Assembly: GCF_964355755.1 (NCBI RefSeq)
Contig: NC_092678.1
Span: 19,795,365-19,859,364, forward strand
Length of the DNA stretch: 64,000 nt
Source of the DNA: Antedon mediterranea
Lineage: Eukaryota > Animalia > Echinodermata
Direction: 5' to 3'
Both the position numbers and the translations under genes were made by a program. Positions 50,482-63,127 of this stretch are shown one piece after another (the first letter of the stretch is position 1; every line of letters starts with the position of its first letter). The notes below the pieces were generated by a model. It had not been told where the DNA came from and did no database searches. It saw only the letters and a list, made by a program, of their open reading frames with translations.

Positions 50482-52159
50482 ATGGCTTTTCCAGAAGGCT
50501 TATCTAGCTTGCAAAAAGAGTTCAGCGTTGTCAATAAGAAGAAAATTTGCAAGGTATACGACAATCATGCAACAGATTTTGATGAGGTAAGATAATTTGG
50601 TGAATCCGCCACGAAATCCGACAACAACTGATTCCATAATATTGGTATGGGTCGCTATATGTGTTATAATCTCAATGACATTTCTCCTTGTTCTCTTTCA
50701 CATACGTACTTTAAATACATTTAAATCAAAAAGCACTCTATTGCGATTGTTGTTTTCTTGTTAATTACAAATTACATAAAAGAACATTTGGCAGTATATG
50801 CCTATATGATATTTCATTATGATTGATATTAATTGTTTGTCTTCGATAGATTGTTGGTACATTTACAGGTAAAGGCCAAAACATGACGATAAATGCGTTG
50901 AATGAATTGGTCCCAATAAAGAGTTCGCGGATTTTGGACTTTGCCGCTTGTACTGGTCTTCTTGGAGTGAAAGTAAGTAGCCTAGAACATTCTGTTATAA
51001 CACATGACCAATCAAAATAATTACGTATTTATTGTGCTTTGTTATAATAATAATTTATAGTGTAGGCCTACGCAACATTGATCGTAACGCAAATTCCAAT
51101 AAAATTCGTATTAAAACTTCTACCCACTAAACCTTAGCATAAACTTATTAACAATTATCTTGGTTTTTTTTTTGCAGACGCATAGAAGCGGCTATACAAA
51201 TATTGACGCATTTGACGGAAGTCAGAACTGTATAGAAGAATGCAAAAGGAGAGACATCTATACAAACTTTATAGTGGAATTTGTTACCGATGCTCCACTT
51301 AGTATTGCCTCAGGTATTGCATTGGGTTTTTTAATATAATTATCTTTCTTTTTCTTTAATACTGATTCAATAATTTTATAGTTGATCTGAGTATGCTCAG
51401 AATGTAGAACTAAATGTAGTCTCCTCCCACCCTTGATATGGTTTGTTTACGTCATCTTCAATTTATCCGTTCAGAGGTGAAGTATTGTTAAGTGCCAAAA
51501 TGTTTATTTTTACCAACATTAAACCATCACTTTCTAGAACCTGGACTATGAAACGTCACAAAAGAAACATGAATATTCATTAGTCATATATCCATAAAGT
51601 GTGACGTAAAAATTGAGCTAACTACAATTTTCTAACATGCAAACGCTTTCTGTCGAGCCGTCTGTGTAGTTGAACAAAAAATCGCTTCCCGGATGATATT
51701 TGGTTATAGATATTTTCTTTTTTTATCTCTGTCATTGACGTAGACACATATGATGGTATTATTTGTTCTGGTGGATTTGCTCTCAATCACTTACCGATCT
51801 CGGTACTTTCAGAATGGACTCGAATCGTTAAGCCTGGTAAAATTACATTGTTATACTTATATAATACTCTTCATAACATTAGAAAAGATCTTCATACTTG
51901 AACTGCAAATGTTCACTGATTTTACAAGAGTGTATTAAGATATGTAATGTGTGCTTATTTTATTATATCAGGTGGTTACGTAATCAGCGCATTTCGAAAC
52001 AAGTGGAAGGATATAGAACCAATGTACAACGAAGGGAAGTTTGATAATGAGTTACAGCGATTAGAAAAAGAAGGGAAATGGACGTTTGTTCGTAAAGAAC
52101 TGTCTGATCCTGAAAATTATGAAAAATGTTATATAATTTATATACATCAAATACTGTAA
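50482..52159 (+). CDS. METTL27-like methyltransferase, copy C, 214 aa
   Basis: Exons 50482-50586, 50850-50972, 51178-51313, 51744-51836 and 51972-52159. Introns align with copy B. Confidence 0.85.
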
Positions 52160-52170
52160 TCGATAAAATT

Positions 52171-52275
52171 GAAATGATTTCATTTACAAGTTATATAGGC
52201 CCTATGAAATGATTTCATTTACAAGTTATATAGGCCCTATGAAATGATTTCATTTACAAGTTATATAGGCCCTAA
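52171..52275. repeat. 35-bp unit x3 in the 3' UTR of copy C
   Basis: gaaatgatttcatttacaagttatataggccctat at 52171, 52206 and 52241. Confidence 0.9.
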
Positions 52276-53465
52276 TGTAATACATACTTTTTCTATTTTG
52301 TTATTTAATTTTTGTATTAAGAGAATGGTAAGGACCAGCGTCATAAATACATTACAATATTGTAAATTGTATTTATTATTAGATTTATTACCGTACATAA
52401 ATACAGTAGGGCTAAGCGTGGGCCTACCACGTATTACCCGGTCTTATTACCCGGTATATTAAAGTGTAACACTTTTTAATTACAGCTCGGCCAATTCAAA
52501 CACATCGTAAATGTATTTTTTTTAATAAATGTTTATTTTTCTCATTAATATGAATAGATGCATGTTTGTGTGATTGACTTAATAATACAGGCCTATAAAC
52601 TTAAGCGTTTGAAAATTGTAAAAAATAGAATTGAATGTCCGCACCGCGATGGCAGAGCTGGTCAATACATTAAGAAAAGGAGGGCCTAACCTAGTTTTTC
52701 TTATTTATTAAAGATTTATAAACAGAGGTTACCAGTTTGCCATAACAAAAACTATTTCTTATGATGTAGGCCTACTATATCAAGAGTAGGTCTACATGTA
52801 GGCCTACAAACAGGATTCAATTAGGGGGATTACCAAGACATTTGACCTTGACGACCTACTAACGCAAATCTTCGTTCTTTCGAAAATAATACAAATACAT
52901 AGGCCTTATTTACAATTCGGCTATTATTAATAAAAAAAAATAACAATAACTAAGAAATATAAATTATATGTCAAGTGAGTAATAAGCACAAGTAAATTAT
53001 CTTTTAAACAATGTTTTATAAACGATTAGTACAAGTTTGAATAATGTGCGATCCCTAGTCTATGTAATAAAGCCGGACACTGAAGGATAGACACGCAACG
53101 ATTAGGTGAAAATAGGAAGATATAGTAGGCCTAATAGTTAAGGCCAATACCAGCTTCCAGGTAGCGTGTTTTTTTTTTCTGCATTCTTATACAGCGCCCT
53201 CTATAATGTTCCCTATTATGTCATAATTAATCATGAATTATTCATGATTTCTGCCCACGTTCGTCCTGGAAAAAAAAATTACGCTTCCAGGTAGTACTTG
53301 TTAAATATAACGCATGTGCAATTGATATTTTTTTCTGCTTCAGTGCACAATTGCCCGCCGGGGGTTCATAGTAATTGTCCACTCAGGAAATATTATTATC
53401 CAACTGTTGGTTTAGACGACTTGTTATTGCATAATAGTAGAAATATTGTTTAAGAAACAGAAACA

Positions 53466-56294
53466 ATGTCTTTTCCCGAAGGCTTAATTAGTTGGCAGAA
53501 AGAGTATAAAGATATTAACAGAGATACATTGTGTGATCTATACGACAATCATGCACATGTATTTGATAAGGTAAGCTTGTTTGTATTTTGTGTCTGTATG
53601 GCCTATCGTTTTGAGTGTGACGGCGGTCGATTGAGTCGTGGCCGGTGTAAGTTGGTATTCTAAGCATGGAGGTATACCTCCATGTTCTAAGGAATTATAA
53701 TTACCCTAATGGGAGTTGGTAAATGTCCAGCGGTCTAGTTTTTACAGGGTTAAGGTGATGTGACAGTCGAATAAATGACAGCTTGGCGCGCCATACAACC
53801 ATTTTCAACAGCTGGTGTTACACTATTCAATGCTGAAAATTGTCCGTTGGACACTTTTAAACACCGGACACATTTCAATCTTACACCGGCTGCATAACAT
53901 AGATTTCCATTAACATTCGGGTGTTTAAGTATAGTATAGTAAGCCTCGTCCACAACTATGCCCTTGAAATTATGGCAAACATAATTATCATCTGCCGTAT
54001 GTGAATATAGAATGGATTGGCGAATAAGATTATTATTATTATAAGGATTAAAACATTTTACTCCAATAAGAATATTCTGAGCAATTAATTATTAAAGTTT
54101 CGTTTTCTCTTGTCTTTTTTTTCTGCTTTTGTAGCCTAACTGTCTTTTTAGTCGCATGCAACCCGACGCTACAGTTCACTATGTCGGTCGGTTGGTCGGT
54201 CGGTCGGTAAACACTAACTTGAGCACGCTACTGCAGCCATGTATATTATCTTGTTTTTCTTTGAGTTATCGTCATTTTTCATTTTTTCATTTTCCTTTTT
54301 GTCCCTTTATTTTTACTCGCGCGAAATTGATTGGTTTGGCTATTGCTTTACTGTTAAATTCCTTGAATTAAATTGTTTTTATTTCTCCTTTTATTACTTC
54401 AGTTATTATGCTAGAATCTTTTAGTGAAGTGAAATCATGAAATAAATGTTTAAAAACTGACTTTTCTTAAAGATGATGGGTTCGTTTCAAGATGAAGGCC
54501 ATAAAATGACCGTAATCACAATGAATGAACTGATTCCAAACAAGGCTTCTCGTTTACTAGACTTTACAGCCTGTACCGGTCTTCTTGGAGTACAGGTGGG
54601 TATAGAAAGAAAAACGGTTTTCTATACAGTTTAAATAATATAAAATGTGTAGGCCGCTCTTTTCTATTTCAATAGTGCACTGCTGATCGTTTCTATGGGC
54701 CAATCTCGCCACATTCCCCTATCTCTCAGACTTTCTGGCTCTCAATTTTCTCTTTCATACCCTAAGTTTTTTATATTCGCAGATGCAAAAGGCCGGCTAT
54801 ACGAATATCGACGCTTTTGACGGTAGCCAAAAGTGTATAGAAGAGTGCAAAAGCCGAAAGGTTTATACAAATTTCATGGTAGAATTTGTTGGTGAAGGTC
54901 CGCTGAACATCGCCAATGGTAGGCTACTTGTTGAATTACTATCAATTATCAAACTATCTTTTGATTCCTCATGTTTAGCCCATTACAAACCACTTTGTCG
55001 TGAACGTGTTTTCAATTATCAATATTGGTGATTATTAGGGGTCAATTATGAACTGATAAAGGTCAATATTCCAAACTGAAAAAGCAACTGTGCCCCATTT
55101 CTTACTAAGTTCTGCTCAGCTCTATAACTGAACAAAACATCAAAGAATTAAAACAAACATAAAATTGTGAGATTGGAAAGGGTTGTTATTTCATTAGGCG
55201 TACTTTAATTTAAAGATAATATAAGGTTTATAAACAGGCTTAAACGTTTTATATACAAATAGAAATGAGACACACACAGTTAAGAGTTGGTTCTAAACAA
55301 TTTTATTTAATAACTCATATTATAAATGTTCAATACACTCACCTACATATGAACGAAATACAGTAGTACATTTTAATATTGGTGGTGGGACCGCAATAGC
55401 CACATTGGCAAGGGGACGTGTCTTCTCGGATGAGGACTGTAAACTTTAAGTTAAACGTGAACGTGTGCATCTTTTTGAGACAAGCTGCAGATTGTGTGTT
55501 TGTTTACACACAGTCACTGCCGTGGACAGAGAAGGCAAATTACTACAATTTGCAACTGGTATGGCGGGACACTTACGGCAGAAGCATGTTGAAAAACGTA
55601 ATCCACGGAGCGCGCCAAGAGCAATGATCGTTGGAATGACGCTATACAAATGAAAATTATAAATTATTTTTCTATCTTGTGGTTCTAACGTAGATACCTA
55701 TGATGCTGTTGTTTGTAATGGGGGATTTGCTCGTCATCATTTACCACTTTCGGTTCTTAGGGAATGGATTCGAATCGTCAAACCAGGTAGGCCAACTTTA
55801 AAGTTTGTTTTACTGGGTTACCAAAAGGATTCATTACTACACACAATTATAGACGGTCTTTTATAAAAAAAAATGTAGTCATTTCTGTACTTTTGGTTTC
55901 TGAACCTGCGATGTTATTACAATTTAACGAGGATTTCCCTGCTTGATGAAGTCATATGTTAGGCCTAGCCTGCTGTTGGTTAGTTGCAAACATCAACGGC
56001 CGGCTACACATTTTAAGCGTTATATATCTCGTTTCTACAGTCCCCGGATTGACATCATCAAGCGTTCTATCGACTTTGCGAATAAATATCATAATTTTAA
56101 TTTCAGGTGGTTATATAATCAACACCTTTCGAAACATGTGGCTCACTGATGAACCGATGTACAACGAGGGAAAGTTTGAGAAGGAAGTAGAAAGTTTAGA
56201 GAAAGAGGGCAAATGGAAGTTTATTAGTAAACAACTTACTGATCCAGAACTTTATGATAAATGCTTTATAAAATATGTACATGAGGTGGTGTAA
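53466..56294 (+). CDS. METTL27-like methyltransferase, copy D, 214 aa
   Basis: Exons 53466-53570, 54473-54595, 54783-54918, 55694-55786 and 56107-56294; motif I LDFTACTGLLG. Confidence 0.85.
53646..53885. mobile_element. TGT...ACA element with 4-bp CCGG TSD (Ginger-like MITE or solo LTR)
   Basis: ccgg|tgtaag...cttaca|ccgg. The paralogous site in copy E (about 59230) has a single ccgg. Confidence 0.7.
54145..54247 (+). mobile_element. HINE/DINE-1-like element in intron 1 of copy D
   Basis: Homolog of 59866-60010 in the opposite orientation; absent from copy E intron 1. Confidence 0.65.
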
Positions 56295-57329
56295 TATTGA
56301 TTTAAAATATTGAATAGAGTTATAGGAGGCCTATGTATAATTAATCCAGATTGTTCAATTAGTATATAAACTTTACGGGACTGAAGTATAGTACAACTCG
56401 TTCAATCAACATTGTTTTTACAAAAGTTCATGGTATTACACAATAATCCAAAACCATAAATACGTAAAGAGAAAGAAAAAAAATTAAAATTGATAAGAAA
56501 AATTACAAGAGAATTCCTTTCACCTGACACCTCTATTTAGGGAACACCATACCGGTACTTCCCGTGTAAACTGAAACCTCCATCAAAGTACTGTCTCTTT
56601 TATAAGGATTCTACTGTAGTACATAATAAATGTTTTTTGTTCATTTTATCTTAAAATAATAGTAATAAATAAAGTATAGTGCCCTCAAGTTGAGTATTTT
56701 TGCACGATTTTCGTATTTTGGCAAAGCATTATAGCGCCTTCAATTTGACGTATTTTTACAACATTCTTGCTTATTTTGCCAACCCCTCTCCAATAAATGG
56801 AATAACGTGTAAGAAATTACATCTGAGTAAATGTCGTTTCATCGTGGATATTAGGCCTACAGTTAAAGCTAACACCGATCATGTTTGCAAAACATTTTTT
56901 ATATACAACTAGATTTTAAATCGTTGTTTCCATGAATATAACACAATTAACTTCACCTTTACTGTTTTGATTGGTCAATTTTGTCTTGCTGCAATTCTAC
57001 TAAACGGTAAGAAGTCTATTCTATGAGTATTACAGGTGATGTGATCAGAAGAATGGTAAAAATAAAACTGAATCGTCTTTAAGATTTGTGTTCCGATTGC
57101 GTCTTATTTAAACAAATCGAATCAATTAGTCACGTACTGTAAGTCTGGTGCCTCGGAATTCCTGCTTTTCACACGGTATTGCAGTCACAGTATATAACAT
57201 TCAGTAGTTAAGATAAAGCTAGAGATTTAGTCTGATTGGGGTAGATTTACTATCTACAATATGCCAATCCATTTCTTCGGACCGCATATATATACTTATT
57301 ATATTATTGTACTATCTGAAAAAAGACAC

Positions 57330-57960
57330 GAAGGCTGTGATAACCACCTGTAGAAGTTTGTAGCAATGTTTGAGGGTCCAGATGATACAGACGTATTCCT
57401 ATGTTCCCTTGCTATAGCCTAGAGCGTCTAATCGTTCTAAATCCCAACCACCTTGAGAGGATACAAATGCTTTTCCCTGCTTTTAGTATTCTCAGATCTT
57501 GGCTTATCCACTCAACTTTTGCGTATATTTTTATTAGTGCTTGCCCATGCTGGAATGGACAGAACCCATTTTTTGTAATTCCTTTTCTTATGAGCTCAAC
57601 ACCAGTCTTAACACTTAACAATACTTGTTCTACTGAATTAAATCTGATATTATCCTGCCAAAAACGTGTCACTTCTCGCCACATGAGCCTTCCTGAACCC
57701 TTTAGTAAACATCTGGATCGGTTTAAAGTAAATTGAGCATTGATTTCAGGTAAACATGCACATTTGGCATAACCAGACCAGAGTATGACCAGAAGCAAAC
57801 TGGTGATGTAATCCCTAGTTTCTTGTTCGTTGAGGAAGTGTAATGCTTACTATATCCATGTACTAACCAAAGTAGATCTGTCTGGAATGTCATTTCTTGA
57901 CTTAAATCATTAAGACATTGACTCGTCCTTATGTTTTCTGTCAAGTCGGTGGTTTGATTA
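57330..57960 (-). pseudogene. Heavily decayed DNA-transposase fragment (Academ-like)
   Basis: Joining frames gives FASGH..YAKCAxVYLKSM.NL..DPDVY...EG.HV.RSD.FxAGIISDL..EQVL.SVKTG, a pattern I associate with Academ-type transposases. Many stops and frameshifts. Confidence 0.5.
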
Positions 57961-58324
57961 TAAATGGTCTCAACATTTCAAAAGTCAAAGTAAAACTGTT
58001 TTAATCCCTCACTGTGGGAAACTAGATGCTTGCAATTTAAGATACATTATATTAAAATACAATAAAAGATAAAAAAATACAAAAAGTAATTAAATATGTT
58101 CAACGTTTAAAATTAGAATTGAGAAGTGTTGTGCCTGATGGTAGAGATGAGCAGGAGTAACAACTGATGAGAGCAGCCTTGCTGAAAGGTGATGTATCGG
58201 TAATGAAATCTTTATTTGTTTATATTGTTAACATTTTTAAAGTTTTTATTAATTGAATAAATGTGAAATGAAATGAAATCTTCAGAAACACCACCAAACA
58301 TCTTATCAAGTGAATTAAAGTAGA

Positions 58325-58621
58325 CAGATGATCCTCACCAATCATCACACTCTCTAATGTGTCCATATTATTGCAAGGAGTTTCCAACGGCCATTGTTAT
58401 ACGTCTACGGAAGTTCTTGTTACACACCGTTGCCTAGGAACCATTCACATACACCTCCAAGCGTCCTTCAGCAGCATTCTGACCATCAGCCAATCTTACA
58501 TCTCCTTCTGAACTTTTAACGTCAGTATCTTCATCATCATGTGCTTCTGAAGTAATGTCTGGACTTTCATCTTCTGTAGTAGCTTCTTCTTCAGCTTCAG
58601 TTGCCTCGGTAGTATTAACAT
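58325..58621 (-). pseudogene. Orphan pseudo-exon: acidic Thr-rich linker plus SRCR domain N-terminus
   Basis: AG acceptor, then ...EGDVRLADGQNAAEGRLEVYVNGS*ATVCNKNF; the conserved Trp is replaced by TAG and further stops follow. Confidence 0.75.
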
Positions 58622-59047
58622 CTAATGACGAAATAGATAATAAATCTATATAAAATAAATTGTAAGACAAGTCTAAAAATAGCACAAGTAAATTGTTGAA
58701 AAGGATATAATTATTTTTTAAACAATGTTTTATAAACGATTAGTACAAGCAGCACCCACACACCACCAAGTTTGAAGACTGTGCGATCCTTAGTCTCTGT
58801 AATAAAGCCGGACACAGACGGACAGACAGGCAGAGATTAGGTGAAAATATTAATATTTATAGTTCAGGCCTATATCAGGTTCCATGTAATTGTCATATAA
58901 CGCATGTGCAATTCATATTTTTTCTGCTTCAGTGCACAATTGGGGGTTTATAGTAATTTTCAACTTAGGAAATATTAATATCCAACTGTTGGTTTAGAGG
59001 ATTTGTTATTGCATAATAGTAGAAATATTGTTTAAGAAACAGAAACA

Positions 59048-62000
59048 ATGTCTTTTCCCGAAGGCTTAATTAGTTTCCAGAAGGAGTATGAATATACTAA
59101 CAGAGATACAGTGTGCAATCTATACAACAATCATGCACATGTATTTGATAAGGTAAGCTTGTTTTTTGTATTTTGTGTCTTCGGTGTGGCCTATACGTTT
59201 TTGAGTGTGACGGCGGTCAATTGAGTCGTGGCCGGCTGCATTACATAGATTTCCCTTAACGATGTGGTTGTTTAAGTATAGACAACAAGCAAATTGATCA
59301 TGCTCGCCTCCTCTCGCTTATGCCTCCACAACTGAAATTATGGCAAACATCATATACTGTATTTGAATATAGAATGGACTGGCGAATAAGAAATATTATA
59401 TTGAATAACAAATTTTACTCTAATAAAACTTAGAATATTCTGAGCAAGAATTCAAGTTTCGTTTTCTCTTGTCTTTATTTTCTGCTTTTGTAACTTTTGT
59501 GTATTTTCTTCCTTTGAGTTATCGTCGTAACAAGCGACGTTTTTTCCCTTTTCTCTTTACTCTCGAAATTGATTGGTTTTGGTATTGTTTTACTGTTAAA
59601 TTCCTTGAATTAAATTGTAGGGCTATGTATTTCTTTTTAATTTCTATTACTTCAGTTATTATGCTAGAATCTTTTAGTGGAGTGAAATCATGAAATAAAT
59701 GTTGTAAAACTGACTTTTCTTCACAGATGATTGGTTCATTTCAAGATGAAGGCCATAAAATGACGTTAATCACAATGAATGAACTGATCCCAAACAAGGC
59801 TTCTCGTTTACTAGACTTCACATCTTGTACCGGTCTTCTTGGAGTACAGGTGGGTATAGAAAGAACAAGGCCATATACATGGCTGCAGTCGCGTGCTCAA
59901 GTTAGTGTTTACCGACCAACCGACCAACCCACCGACCGACCCACCGACCGACCGACCAACCAAACGATCGACATAGTTAGCTGTAGAGTCGGGTTGCACG
60001 CGATTAAAAACGGTTTGCTATAAAGTTTAAATATAAAATGTGTAGGCCGCTCTTTTCTATTTCAATAGTGCACTGATAATCCTTTCTATGGGCCAATCTC
60101 ACCACATTCCCCTATCTCTCAGACTTTCTGGCTCTCAATTTTCTAAGTTTTGTATATTCGCAGATGCATAAGGCTGGCTATACGAATATCGACGCTTTTG
60201 ACGGTAGCCAAAAGTGTATAGAAGAGTGCAAAAGCCGAAATGTTTATACAAATTTCATGGTAGAATTTGTTGGTGAAGGTCCGCTGAATATCGCCAATGG
60301 TAGGCTACTTGTTGAATTACTTTCAATTATTAAACTATCTTTTGATTCCTCATGTTTAGCAGATTACAAACCACTTTGTCGTGAAAGTGTTTACCAATTA
60401 TCAATATTTATGATTATCGTGGGTCAATTATGAACTGATAAAGGTCAATATTTCAAACTGACCAAGAAACAGTGACCCATTTCTTACTAAGTTCTGCTCA
60501 GCTCTATAACTGAACAAAACATCAAAGAATTCAAACCAACATAAAATGGTGCGATTGGAAAGGGTTGTTATTTCATTAGGCGTACTTTAATTTAAAGATA
60601 ATATAAGGTTTATAAACAGGCTTAAACGTTTTATATACAAAATAGAAATGAGACACACAAGAGTTAGTTCTAAGTTCTAAACTCATAATATAAATGTTCA
60701 ATACACTCACCTGCACATAAACGAAATACAGTAGTACATTTTAATATTGGTGGTGGGACCGTAATAGCCACATAGTGGCAAGGGGACGTGTCTTCTGAGA
60801 CACACAGATTGTGTGTCAGGTTACACACAGTCACTGCCGTGGACAGAGGGGGGCAGATTACTACCAACTGATATAGCGGGACGCTTACGGGGTTAAGCGT
60901 GTTTCCCACTAGAACGTAACGCAAGGACGTAAACGCAACGCAAGCGTTTTAACCAATGACAGGCGAAGTTATAGACAGTTAGCAATCACAAGCGAATAAG
61001 CCATCGCTTGTGATTGGTCATTTCACTTGCGTTGCGTTACGTCCTTGTGTTGCGTCGCTAGTGGGAACCACGCTTAAAGCATGTAGTTGAAAAAAAACGT
61101 AATCCACAGAGCGCCAAAACAATGATACAAATGAAAATTGTTAATTATTTTTTTATCCGGTGGTTCTAACGTAGATACCTATGATGCTGTTGTTTGTAAT
61201 GGGGGATTTGTTCGTCATCATTTACCACTTTCGGTTCTTAGGGAATGGATTCGAATCGTCAAACCAGGTAGGCCAACTTTAAAGTTTGTATCACTGCGTT
61301 ACCAAAAGGATTCATTACTGCACACAATTATAGACGGTCCTTTTATAAAATAATAATCTATATATAAATTTACGTAAGGGCAAAATTCGATAAATCGCGC
61401 CTTACTTCTAGAATTTTTACTCGATGGTATAGAAAGTTGGTTCGTACTTTCGGTACTGATTTTAACCACCTGATGTAACCCTGTTTACTAATTAAATTAA
61501 GTTAGATATTTAGTTATTGACGATTAAAACGAATTTAGGTTCAACGATTTGCCCCAAATAGGGGTGTTTTCCGATCGTTGTATACACTGTCTAATGGATG
61601 TCCATCTTGAAAAAAAACCGCCACAAAAATGCGAGGAGGCTTCGCATTTTCCTATCTCCTCCTACGATGATTGTTTTTAATAGCTGAAAACTGTTTGAAC
61701 AGCTAGAGTACAGCATCATAATGTTGAAGACAGGCCGATTTTCTTAAAAAAATACTATTTTGATAGATTTAATATACGATTATACAAATGTATTGATTTG
61801 CGATGAATGGAACATCCCAATCTCTCAGTCTGCCAGAGTTTGGTTTAACACAAGTAGGTAGATTTATGAGCCCTTGGTTTAACACATACGGTAGGTAAAT
61901 ATATGGGCCCTTTGAGAATAAACTTGCAATACTTTGACAATACTTTAAATACCTAATAACTATTTTTGGTTCTCATTTGAATCGAACATTTCTTACTGTG

Positions 62001-63127
62001 AATGTTCGTACTGTTAGATGTAGTTTAAAAATATATACAAATAAACTTTATTACTGAGATTGTGGATAGGCTCTACTGTTAGATATATAAACACATTATT
62101 ATATACAAATAAACTTTATACTGACAGTTCCTTCTCAACGTTTGTATTATATTGTTGTTATAATTAATAATTACCAATAATATAAACGTCGTAGTGGTGT
62201 ATCGTGACATGTACTTTAATATTTCAATCGATTATGACAGTGACAGTTTTAACAAAGTATTAAATTGCAAATGTTTTACTGTATTTAGAGGTATATATTA
62301 CTTATAATAGGCCTATAAAACATGAACAATATTTCGTTACAGAGTGGATAAAGAATATATTTAAAAATTGTTCCTCTTTGTACCTATCCGCTTTCCCATC
62401 CCTCAACCCTAATGTTACATACAAAACACAAATTGGGTTTCTTTAAATGAGTCCAAATCAAAAATTTGGACTCATTTTGTGATAAGTTTCTCCTTCGGAA
62501 GTAATTCCCAGGGTGCTAATTTTAGTTGACTACATAAATCATCGTGTCTATTTATTTGTTTCTGTAAACGACAATGTATTGTAGTCCTGCGGTACGTACA
62601 TTTGAAATCGCCAGTTTTGTTACGCTGAAATTAATGTGTATTCGAGAACCATCTGTGGGCACGACCTAGATGGTACGCGAGCGAAGCGAGCGTACCATTT
62701 AGTAATAATAATTTCTGTACTTTTGGTGTCTGAACCGGCGATCTTATTACAATTCAACGAGGATTTGTTCCTGCTTGATGACGTCATATGTTATGCCTAG
62801 CCTACTTTTTGTTGGTTGCAAATATCGACGGCTGGCTACACCTTTTAAGAATGATATAATTATCTCGTGTCCACAGTCCCCGGATTGACATCGAGCGTTC
62901 GATCGACTTTGCGAATAAATATCATAATTTGAATTTCAGGTGGTTATATAATCAACACCTTTCGAAACATGTGGCTGACTGATGAAACGATGTACAACGA
63001 GGGAAAGTTTGAGAAGGAAATAGAAAGTTTAGAGAGAGAGGGCAAATGGAAGTTTATTAGTAAACAACTTACTGATCCAGAACTTTATGATAAATGCTTT
63101 ATAAAATATGTACATGAGGTGGTGTAA
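59048..63127 (+). CDS. METTL27-like methyltransferase, copy E, 214 aa
   Basis: Exons 59048-59152, 59727-59849, 60164-60299, 61175-61267 and 62940-63127; motif I LDFTSCTGLLG. Unit 58710-63960 duplicates 52990-57120. Confidence 0.85.
59866..60010 (-). mobile_element. HINE/DINE-1-like element in intron 2 of copy E
   Basis: Empty site agaaagaaaaacgg in copy D; (GACC)n tract, subterminal inverted repeats and stem-loop. Confidence 0.7.
60896..61074. mobile_element. Palindromic MITE family A in intron 3 of copy E
   Basis: Absent from copy D; TTA/TAA flanks. Confidence 0.85.
61357..62702 (+). mobile_element. Non-autonomous Helitron, copy 3 (complete ends)
   Basis: A|TCTATATAT 5' end, 3' hairpin atggtacgc...gcgtaccat then TTAG|T. 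No TIR or TSD. Absent from copy D intron 4. Confidence 0.85.

Noticed and set aside
58434-58436. In-frame TAG in the SRCR exon as possible readthrough or recoding
   Set aside because: Further stops and loss of a conserved Cys follow, which indicates ordinary decay.
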